A model generated the notes under the pieces. The model was not told the origin of the DNA. It saw only the letters and a list, made by a program, of their open reading frames with translations, and did not search any database. Made by a program: the position numbers and the translations under genes. Shown in pieces: positions 1 through 6,878 of a DNA stretch of 24,000 nucleotides; the stretch's first letter is position 1; each line of letters starts with the position of its first letter. This stretch comes from Nitrospirae bacterium 13_2_20CM_2_62_8 (GTDB taxonomy: Bacteria; Nitrospirota; Nitrospiria; Nitrospirales; Nitrospiraceae), in NCBI GenBank assembly GCA_001914955.1, contig MNDM01000061.1:4816-28815 (forward strand), in the 5' to 3' direction.

Positions 1-462
1 CGCGGCAGCCTCTACGAGACCTTCGGAGACAAGCAGAAGTTGTTTCTTGCTTGCATGGACCGCTACTGCAACGGGATGGCGGCCAGTCGGCTCTCGCTGC
101 TGGACCAACCAGGCCCCGCGCTCGACACCATTCGCCGGTTCATTCGCGGGAAGCTGCAGATGGCCTTGGCTGACCCCACACGCAAAGGCTGCCTCGTCGC
201 GAACACCGCGATGGAGCTCTCGCCCCATGAAAAAGAGATCGGCGAGCGCGTCGCCTCCGCACTCGCCAGCCTCCAAGAGGCGTATTACGAGGTGCTGATC
301 CGCGCCAAGAAGCAAGGCGAGCTGCGAAAGGACCACGACCCGCGCGCGCTGGCCCGCTATCTTACGACGATGATGCAGGGCGTGATCGTGATGTACAAGG
401 CCGGGACCCCGGCTGAGGCGCTGCGTGAGATCGTCGAGACCGGGCTGTCCGTGCTTGACTAA
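1..462 (+). CDS. TetR/AcrR-family transcriptional regulator, C-terminal portion (5' end outside the window)
   Basis: Frame 1 is open from base 1 (RGSLYETFGDKQKLFLACMDRY...) to TAA 460-462. The GSLYxxFxxKxxL segment followed by a helical Ala/Leu-rich domain is typical of the junction between the TetR HTH and its ligand-binding domain. GC3 is high. Confidence 0.75.
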   Translation, partial: RGSLYETFGDKQKLFLACMDRYCNGMAASRLSLLDQPGPALDTIRRFIRGKLQMALADPTRKGCLVANTAMELSPHEKEIGERVASALASLQEAYYEVLIRAKKQGELRKDHDPRALARYLTTMMQGVIVMYKAGTPAEALREIVETGLSVLD

Positions 463-525
463 TTGTTTTTTCGACCTATTAGAGACCGACCGTTTTCATT
501 TTCCAGGAGAGGAAGGGGCCACGAC

Positions 526-1227
526 ATGAATTGCCATCGCTGCGGCGGCCTGATGCTCGCCGAGCAGTTTGACGATCCGCACAACTACACGAACGAGACC
601 GAGTTTGTCGGCTGGCGCTGCGTGAACTGCGGATCGATCGTTGACCCGGTGATCACCGGCCGTCAACGCCGACAGTCCGATCCATCACCCGTAAACAACC
701 CAACACACAAGGAGGGTCTCGCCATGGTACGGACTGTCTTGCTGGCACTGTCTGCATGCGTGTTTCTGCTGAGCGCTCAACCGCTCTCAGCGGCTCCGCA
801 GCCGGACCCCGGTTTCGCCCCGCTGAAGTTTTTGGTCGGGAAGTGGCGTGGGACCGATCCGGAAGGACAGCCTATCACCGCATTCTACCGATTCACCTCG
901 GGAGCGACCAGCCTGACGGAGACGCTCTCCCCGAAGAAATCTCCCGCCATGACGACCATCTACCATCTGGACGGCGCCTACCTGATGCTGACTCACTATT
1001 GTTCGCTGAACAACCAGCCGCGCATGCGGGTCAACGAGTACAAGGAAGGGGACAAAGAGCTCGCCTTCGACTTCTTGGACGCCACGAATCTGAAAAACCC
1101 GTCCGATCCGCACATGCACAAGGTTGTCTTTACGTTCCATGACAATGACCACTACACGCAGACCTGGATGTTCAGCAAAGACGGGACGGAAACGCCCAAG
1201 GTCTTTAAATTCGAGCGTGTGAAATAA
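526..1227 (+). CDS. Zn-ribbon / hydrophobic segment / DUF1579-like (lipocalin- or nitrobindin-like beta-barrel) protein. An in-frame internal start at 724 would give a plain secreted 167-aa form.
   Basis: ATG 526 follows GGAGAGGAAGG (506-516). The N-terminus has C3-x2-C6 ... C32-x2-C35 (MNCHRCGG...WRCVNCG), a four-Cys zinc-ribbon pattern with high GC3. There is no stop before TAA 1225-1227. ATG 724 follows a perfect AAGGAGGG (709-716) and starts the signal-like MVRTVLLALSACVFLLSAQPLSAAP. The downstream pattern FLVGKWRG...MLTHYCSLNNQPRM is one I associate with DUF1579. Confidence 0.6.
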   Translation: MNCHRCGGLMLAEQFDDPHNYTNETEFVGWRCVNCGSIVDPVITGRQRRQSDPSPVNNPTHKEGLAMVRTVLLALSACVFLLSAQPLSAAPQPDPGFAPLKFLVGKWRGTDPEGQPITAFYRFTSGATSLTETLSPKKSPAMTTIYHLDGAYLMLTHYCSLNNQPRMRVNEYKEGDKELAFDFLDATNLKNPSDPHMHKVVFTFHDNDHYTQTWMFSKDGTETPKVFKFERVK

Positions 1228-1248
1228 GGGCGCAGGGCGGGCGGAGCG

Positions 1249-1365
1249 ATTCCCGTGCTCCCAGAGCGCGCACGCTCAGAAGGTGCCGGGGGACCTGTTG
1301 CGCTTAAAAATGCAACGGGTCGATGATGGCCGCAGTAGGAACCGCTCCACCCACCCTGCTGGGGA
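1249..1365 (+). repeat. Intergenic hairpin-containing repeat element, copy 1 (core 1282-1321)
   Basis: Core GGTGCCGGGGGACCTGTTGCGCTTAAAAATGCAACGGGTC matches 14141-14179 at 33 of 40 hand-aligned columns, and both 10-nt ends are identical. It forms a 10-bp stem GACCTGTTGC/GCAACGGGTC with one G-U pair. The flanks are also similar to the second copy. Confidence 0.55.
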
Positions 1366-1429
1366 GAGGTGGAAAACAGCCGAAGCATTATTGGAACCCA
1401 TGGAAGGAATACCTGACAAGGAGGACGCA

Positions 1430-2596
1430 ATGACACCGCACACGAAGACCGCCCTCAAGCCCGCCACAGGCGCTGTCACACTGCTCATCGGCACGCGCAA
1501 GGGCGCCTTTCTCTTGCGCGGCGATCGGGCCCGCCGGACCTGGAAACTGTCCGCGCCGATCTTGCTCGGCCACATCGTGCACCATCTGGTCATGGATCCG
1601 CGAGACCGACTCACGATGCTCATAGCCTGCCGTACCGGCCATTTGGGTCCGACCGTCTTTCGTTCCACCGATTTCGGCAAGACCTGGAAAGAGGCGCAGA
1701 AACCGGCGGCTTTTCTCAAAGTCCCCGAGGGACAACAAGGGCGCGTCGTCGATCACGTGTTCTGGCTCACGCCGGGACATGCGAGCGAACCGAACTCGTG
1801 GTACGCGGGCACGTCGCCGCAGGGACTCTTCCGTTCCGCCGACGGCGGTGTCACGTGGGAACCGTTTTCCTACATCAACGACGATCCGCAGTACCGCGAG
1901 TGGATGGGCACCGTCCAGGACGGCACGCCGGATGGGCCGAAGCTGCACTCGATCATCGTGGACCCGCGCGATCCCGCCCACCTCTACTTCGCGATGTCCG
2001 GCGGCGGCGTGCATGAGTCCGTCGACGGCGGCAAGACCTTCGCAACACTCGTGCGAGGGCTCGACGTGGTCGAGGGGTTCGACGCGGCCAATATCGCCGT
2101 TCACGACCCCCATTGCGTCCGGCTCTGTCCCAGTAACCCGGACCGGCTGTATCAACAGAATCACTGCGGCATCTACCGGATTGACCGGCCGTCGAACGAG
2201 TGGGTGCGCATCGGGAAGAACATGCCGAAGCAGATCGGCGACATCGGGTTCTCCATTGTCCTACATCCTCGAAACCCGGATACCGTGTGGGTGTTCCCGA
2301 TGGACGGCTCGACCGTATGGCCTCGCGTGAGTCCGGGCGGCAAGCCGGCAGTGTATGTCACGAAGAATGGCGGAAAGAGTTGGGCGAGACAGGACAAGGG
2401 GTTCCCCCGATCGGATGCCTGGTGGACCGTCAAGCGCCAGGCGATGACGGCGGACGCGCACGAGCCGGTTGGCCTCTATTTCGGAACAACCAGCGGCGAG
2501 GTCTGGGCCAGTCGCACCGGCGGCGCAAGCTGGACGTGCCTGGCCCGGCATCTTCCTGAAATCTATTCGGTGGAAGCTGCGGACCTTTCGTCATGA
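1430..2596 (+). CDS. Asp-box (BNR) repeat beta-propeller protein, sialidase/Ycf48/sortilin-like fold, function unknown
   Basis: ATG 1430 follows AAGGAGGA (1419-1426). There are five Asp-box-like motifs: STDFGKTW, SADGGVTW, SVDGGKTF, TKNGGKSW and SRTGGASW. GC3 is high. The stop TGA 2594-2596 overlaps the next start (ATGA). Confidence 0.8.
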   Translation: MTPHTKTALKPATGAVTLLIGTRKGAFLLRGDRARRTWKLSAPILLGHIVHHLVMDPRDRLTMLIACRTGHLGPTVFRSTDFGKTWKEAQKPAAFLKVPEGQQGRVVDHVFWLTPGHASEPNSWYAGTSPQGLFRSADGGVTWEPFSYINDDPQYREWMGTVQDGTPDGPKLHSIIVDPRDPAHLYFAMSGGGVHESVDGGKTFATLVRGLDVVEGFDAANIAVHDPHCVRLCPSNPDRLYQQNHCGIYRIDRPSNEWVRIGKNMPKQIGDIGFSIVLHPRNPDTVWVFPMDGSTVWPRVSPGGKPAVYVTKNGGKSWARQDKGFPRSDAWWTVKRQAMTADAHEPVGLYFGTTSGEVWASRTGGASWTCLARHLPEIYSVEAADLSS

Positions 2597-2853
2597 CCGT
2601 GTTCATCCCGACTCCGCTGCGCTCCTATACGCGCCAGAAGGGCGAGGTGGATGCTCAGGGCGCGACGCTCGGAGAAGTTCTTTCGGCGCTCGATCGGCGC
2701 TACCCCGGCCTTCGCTTTCGCATCATCACCGAGCAGGACACGATCAGGGAGCACATTCGCATCTTCGTCAACGAGGAACAGGCGCGGGATCTGTCTGCTG
2801 CGCTTCGGACGGACGATGAGATCCACATCATTTGCGCGCTGAGCGGGGGCTAG
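2593..2853 (+). CDS. MoaD/ThiS-family ubiquitin-like (beta-grasp) sulfur-carrier-type protein with C-terminal Gly-Gly
   Basis: An 86-aa ORF with the usual size and pattern of MoaD/ThiS proteins (MTVFIPTPLRSY...GATLGEVLSAL...RIFVNEE...DDEIHIICALSGG-stop). Its ATG overlaps the upstream stop, indicating translational coupling. Confidence 0.8.
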   Translation: MTVFIPTPLRSYTRQKGEVDAQGATLGEVLSALDRRYPGLRFRIITEQDTIREHIRIFVNEEQARDLSAALRTDDEIHIICALSGG

Positions 2854-2857
2854 GCTT

Positions 2858-3181
2858 GTGCTCTCGATGAAAGACGACTCCTTCAAGGAGTTTGTCCTGG
2901 ATCAATTGAGGGAGCTACCAGGAGTCACCGCCCGCTCGATGTTCGGCGGCTACGGGATATACCAGGGCGAGGTCTTCTTCGCCATCATCCACCAGAGCAG
3001 GCTGTACTTTAAAACCAACGACCGGACCAGGCCGGCTTACGTGAAGAAGGGGATGAAGCCGTTCCGGCCGAATGCCAAGCAGACGCTCAAGACCTATTAC
3101 GAAGTACCGGTGGACATCATCGAGGACTCTGAACAGCTCGTCGAGTGGTCCGAAAAGGCAACCCATCCGCACAGATGGTAG
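2858..3181 (+). CDS. TfoX N-terminal-domain protein
   Basis: FVLDQLRELPGVTARSMFGGYGIYQGEVFFAIIHQSRLYFK matches the TfoX_N pattern (MFGG-x-G-x-Y ... LYxK). GTG 2858 lies 8 nt after GGGGG. ATG 2867 is an alternative start. Confidence 0.72.
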   Translation: MLSMKDDSFKEFVLDQLRELPGVTARSMFGGYGIYQGEVFFAIIHQSRLYFKTNDRTRPAYVKKGMKPFRPNAKQTLKTYYEVPVDIIEDSEQLVEWSEKATHPHRW

Positions 3182-3616
3182 ACATGTCCCACCTCCTCTG
3201 GACCATCGGCCATTCGACGCGGCCGATCGAGGAGTTTGTCGAACTCCTGCGGGCGCATGACATCCAGCTTCTGGGGGATGTCCGCACGATTCCCTATTCC
3301 CGACGCAACCCGCAGTTCAATACCGACGCACTGGCGGAGAGTCTGGTGAAAGCCGGCCTCGAGTATCACCATCTGCCGGCGCTCGGCGGTCGTCGGAGGA
3401 GCCGGCCCGACTCAGTGAACCGGGGTTGGCGGAGCACAGGCTTCCGCGGGTATGCCGATTACATGCAGACCGACCAGCCGAGGGTGGCAAGTGCGGCACA
3501 TTCTCTCCACGGCTGAGGCACCACCGCATCAGATCACACCATTTGCCAGGATCGAGAACGACATTCTGACCTATCCGGAACCGACGAGTCAGGAACCGAC
3601 ACCTCGGCTATTCTAA
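3175..3616 (+). pseudogene. DUF488-family gene disrupted by an internal out-of-frame deletion
   Basis: Frame 1 reads the family N-terminus (LWTIGHSTRPIEEFVELL...GWRSTGFRGYADYMQT), then runs into a junk tail and TGA 3514-3516. Frame 2 from about 3479 reads the family C-terminus (RGWQVRHILSTAEAPPHQITPFARIENDILTYP...) to TAA 3614-3616. The conserved middle (the CAE...W-RCHR region) is absent. Confidence 0.65.
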
Positions 3617-3673
3617 ATTCTCAGTGTTCACCATCGTGTCTAGTGCGCAAGATGACCTGAAGGGAGGTCTGCA

Positions 3674-4825
3674 ATGAAGGGGACATGGAATTCACTTTTG
3701 CTTACGCTCGCAGCGCTCACTCTCTCGGCCTCCTTTGCCCAGGCTGAGATTCTTGCCATGGTCAACTACGAGACCAAGCCGGAGCAGCTCATCCGAAAGG
3801 AGGGACTCGCGATCATTGATGTCGATCCCCAATCACCGACCTTTGCCAAGATGCTCATGGACATTCCTCTCCTTCCTGACCTGGTCGCCCATCATATCTT
3901 TTACAATCGCGATAAAAGCAAGGCTTACATCACCGCTCTCGGGAAAAGCGTCCTGCACGTGCTGGATCTGAAGCGCTTCCCTTATCGGATGAAGGCTGTG
4001 GAGGTGCAGGACTGCAAGGTCTTGGAGGATGTGGTGTTTTCGGACGACAACAGAACCTGGTACCTCACCTGTATGGGTTCTGACAACGTGATCATGGGAG
4101 ATGCCACAATCGACAAACCTTTCAAGACCATTTCGGCTCCTCTCCCCGGCTCCCCATTCATTAGCCATCCGCACGGCATTAGCATCCACAACGGCATCGA
4201 CCGAGTGCTTATCACCAGCACCGTCAGGCCGGCGGACCTAGGCGAGCCCGGCGAAACCGTTACCGTTCTCGAGGCCAGCAGCGGGAAGGTCGTATCAACT
4301 CACAAGGTCTCCCTGAAACCTTCACCCTCTAAGGCCGCTCCGGTTGAAGTCATGTTCTCCCATCGCGCTGATCCGCCTATTGCTCACATCACCAACATGT
4401 TAGAGGGAACCCTGTGGATGGCTGCCTGGGACGCAAAGTCCAAAAACTTTAGCTTTGCCCAGGTAGACGACTACGGTCCTCGAGGGCACGGCGTTCCTCT
4501 GGAGATGCTCTATAACCGGAAGGGAGATCGTCTGTATGTCACCACAGCCAAGCCCGGCCACGTGAATGTGTACGACAATAGCGATCCCCAGCACCCCAAG
4601 TTCTTAACAGCCATCCCTGCTGCGGCCGGCGCCCACCACCTGGTCCTGTCCTCCGATGAACGCTATCTCTTCGTCCAGAATAGTCTCCTCAATCTGCCAG
4701 GAATGAGCGACGGCTCCATCACCGTCATCGACGTGGCCAAAGGGGAGCAAATTGCAAGCGTGGACACTTTGAAGAACCAAGGCTTCAACCCAAATTGCAT
4801 TGTCCTTTTACCGGAGAACCCTTGA
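3674..4825 (+). CDS. Secreted beta-propeller protein resembling the SBP56 family (selenium-binding protein / methanethiol oxidase)
   Basis: ATG 3674 follows GAAGGGAGG. The signal peptide is MKGTWNSLLLTLAALTLSASFAQA. LAIIDVDPQSPTFAKMLMDIPLLPDLVAHH resembles the SELENBP1 segment [31 protein letters not shown] as I recall it. Later segments DERYLFVQNSLL, VYDNSDPQHPKF and ITVIDVAKGE...FNPNCIV also parallel that family. GC is lower, about 48-55% in the lines counted. Confidence 0.65.
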   Translation: MKGTWNSLLLTLAALTLSASFAQAEILAMVNYETKPEQLIRKEGLAIIDVDPQSPTFAKMLMDIPLLPDLVAHHIFYNRDKSKAYITALGKSVLHVLDLKRFPYRMKAVEVQDCKVLEDVVFSDDNRTWYLTCMGSDNVIMGDATIDKPFKTISAPLPGSPFISHPHGISIHNGIDRVLITSTVRPADLGEPGETVTVLEASSGKVVSTHKVSLKPSPSKAAPVEVMFSHRADPPIAHITNMLEGTLWMAAWDAKSKNFSFAQVDDYGPRGHGVPLEMLYNRKGDRLYVTTAKPGHVNVYDNSDPQHPKFLTAIPAAAGAHHLVLSSDERYLFVQNSLLNLPGMSDGSITVIDVAKGEQIASVDTLKNQGFNPNCIVLLPENP

Positions 4826-4994
4826 CGTCGACTGCTTTCGCGAGCCTTCCTATCGTCAGATCCGAGGCCATGCCTCACGTTTTGGTCCACCTTACACCCT
4901 GTACCGTAGTACCGAGTCAAGAGGAGGTCCTGGACGACCGGTTGCCTCCTGCTGCAGGACCTTGGCCAGTCGCTCAAACGCAGGACTCGTGAGA

Positions 4995-5023
4995 TTGACA
5001 GCGGGTTGGAGTGGTAGTATGTT
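4995..5023 (+). promoter_or_regulatory. Candidate sigma70-type promoter for the Cys-rich-protein/cusCBA unit
   Basis: TTGACA (4995-5000), a 17-nt spacer, then TATGTT (5018-5023), ending 24 nt upstream of ATG 5048. The strong SD GAAGGAGG (5034-5041) follows it. Confidence 0.45.
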
Positions 5024-5047
5024 CTTGTTTACTGAAGGAGGTATCTG

Positions 5048-5404
5048 ATGCGCAGCGCGCGCGGCTTTCTTCTCGGGTTCTTGGTCCTGTTGTTCCTGGG
5101 GTTGAGTTTCAACGCATACGCCTGTCTCGTGCCGCTTTACGGCGCCGCGGATGCGACGATGGGGAGCGGCTGCTCCTCTCCTGAGGGACAGACTGCGCGC
5201 CAGTTCTGCGATGCTTTCAAAACCCTCGGTGTGCAGGCTGGTGCCGAACACCAACCGGCAATTGATTGCCAGACGCTCTGTCCTGAGGACACCGCCTCGT
5301 TGCTTCTCCTGTCCGATCTGACAGTCCAGGGTCGCGCGCATGATCATCCCGCGGACAGCCCCCCACAGGATGTCCTTTTGAAGACCGCCGTTCTTCGTCT
5401 CTGA
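5048..5404 (+). CDS. Small secreted Cys-rich hypothetical protein (118 aa), first gene ahead of the RND efflux genes
   Basis: Strong SD. The signal peptide MRSARGFLLGFLVLLFLGLSFNAYA has an AxA cleavage site. The mature part has 5 Cys (one at its first residue, plus GSGC, QFC and CQTLC) and an HDHP motif. The overlapping minus-strand ORF 4892-5347 has no such signals. Confidence 0.6.
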   Translation: MRSARGFLLGFLVLLFLGLSFNAYACLVPLYGAADATMGSGCSSPEGQTARQFCDAFKTLGVQAGAEHQPAIDCQTLCPEDTASLLLLSDLTVQGRAHDHPADSPPQDVLLKTAVLRL

Positions 5405-5563
5405 TTCCCTCGGTCCTTCCCTCTTAAATCCTTTGTCATAGCCCCTATAGTTTGGCGCCTATGCTGAGCTATCCGGCCGCCGGCCTGTTTCTTTCCGGCA
5501 TCTCCGACTTGGATAAAGCCAGACGTAGCGTCGGGCTAAGGGGAAACCGAGGAGGATCCTCAC

Positions 5564-6853
5564 ATGAAACGGAATCCAAGACTTTGTTGTTTGACAATTG
5601 CGCTAGCAGGATTGGTGCTTTCAAGCGGCGCCCCAAATGACGCACATGGGGCCGATCTCCCCGATCAAAGAACATTGACTTTACCGGAATTGATCCAAGA
5701 GGCCTTGGCGAAGAATCCTGAGATCCAGGCTGCACGGAAGCAATGGGAGGCGTCCGCAAGTCGAATCGCGCAGGCTCGCTCGCTGGATGACCCGACCCTC
5801 CAGGTCCAGTGGTGGAATGCTCCCGAATCCTTCAACCTCGGACGCTCGCAGAACACCATCATTGGGCTGTCCCAAAAATTCCCCTTTCCAGGAAAACTCT
5901 CCCTGAAAGAGGAGGTCGCCAATAGGTCGGCGGAGATCACCGAACAGGCCTTGCGGGCCAAGGAACGGGATCTGACCGCCCGCGTCAAACAGACTTACTA
6001 TGACCTGTTTCTTGCCCACAAGGCGATCCAGATCCACCATGAGCAGGTTGATCTGCTGAAGCAGTTTTTTGAGATCGCTAACGCAAGATTCCGGGCCGGG
6101 AAAGGAAGTCAGGTAGATGTGCTCAAAGCCCAAGTCGAGCTTTCGACGCTGTATCAGCAACTCCCGGTTCTGGAGCAACGTCGCGATACCGCTCAGGCTA
6201 AACTGAATACGCTCCTGGATCGGGACCCACGGTTCCCGTTAGAACCTCCACAGCAGCCGCGTGAAGGCCGGTTCGACAAAGACCTTGAAGAACTGTTTCA
6301 GATCGCAGTTACTGCCAGACCTGAGCTGAAAGCTGGCGAGCTGGCCATCCAGCGGAATGAACGCTCCCGCGCTCTTGCTTTCCGCGAGTACTTGCCGGAT
6401 CTCAACGTGGGTTTCCAGCGGTTCCAGAACTTCCAGGCCCGCGACGGCTTCGGGGCAGTGGTATCCATCAACATGCCGTTCGCGTTCTGGACCAAGCCGA
6501 AGTACGACGCAGCCGTGCATGAGGCTGCGGCGGCGGTTGCCGCGGCGCGCGCCGACCTCCACACAGCGGAAAATCTGACCCGCTTCCAGATTCGGGATCT
6601 GCTGGCAAAAGTCCGTGCCAGTTGGGAAGTGGCGGTGCTGTACCGGACCACTGTGTTGCCGCAGGCAGGACAGAGCGTTGAAGCCGCGCGAGTCGGCTAT
6701 CGCACTGGCAGGACTGGCTTTCTGGATCTCATCGAGGCCGACCGGACCCTGCGGGAGTTTCAACTTGCTTACCATCGTGCGCTCGTCGAAAGGGAGCACC
6801 GACTGGCCGAACTCGAACAGGTGGTCGGGACGGATCTTCGCGAAAGCCTCTAG
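5564..6853 (+). CDS. cusC: TolC-like outer-membrane efflux factor of the heavy-metal RND system (CusC/CzcC family)
   Basis: GAGGAGGA SD, followed by a signal sequence. LTLPELIQEALAKNPEIQAARKQWEA... and the duplicated coiled/barrel repeats are typical of OEP/CzcC proteins. It lies directly upstream of the adaptor and pump genes. Confidence 0.88.
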   Translation: MKRNPRLCCLTIALAGLVLSSGAPNDAHGADLPDQRTLTLPELIQEALAKNPEIQAARKQWEASASRIAQARSLDDPTLQVQWWNAPESFNLGRSQNTIIGLSQKFPFPGKLSLKEEVANRSAEITEQALRAKERDLTARVKQTYYDLFLAHKAIQIHHEQVDLLKQFFEIANARFRAGKGSQVDVLKAQVELSTLYQQLPVLEQRRDTAQAKLNTLLDRDPRFPLEPPQQPREGRFDKDLEELFQIAVTARPELKAGELAIQRNERSRALAFREYLPDLNVGFQRFQNFQARDGFGAVVSINMPFAFWTKPKYDAAVHEAAAAVAAARADLHTAENLTRFQIRDLLAKVRASWEVAVLYRTTVLPQAGQSVEAARVGYRTGRTGFLDLIEADRTLREFQLAYHRALVEREHRLAELEQVVGTDLRESL

Positions 6854-6878
6854 CGCCGTCATGAAGGAGGAACACCCG

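Noticed and set aside
5453-5467. TGGCGC-ctat-GCTGA upstream of cusC, which resembles a sigma54 -24/-12 element.
   Set aside because: The spacing is wrong. The GG to GC distance is 9 nt where the consensus needs 12, and at the correct spacing the -12 element reads CTGA rather than TTGC.
5471-5500. A GC-rich palindromic run CCGGCCGCCGGCC followed by TGTTTCTTT, after the Cys-rich protein gene. It could be an intrinsic terminator.
   Set aside because: The only foldable stems are 4-5 bp with 1-3-nt loops, which is sterically poor, and the T tract is interrupted. It is too weak to call, and termination here would uncouple the lead gene from cusCBA.
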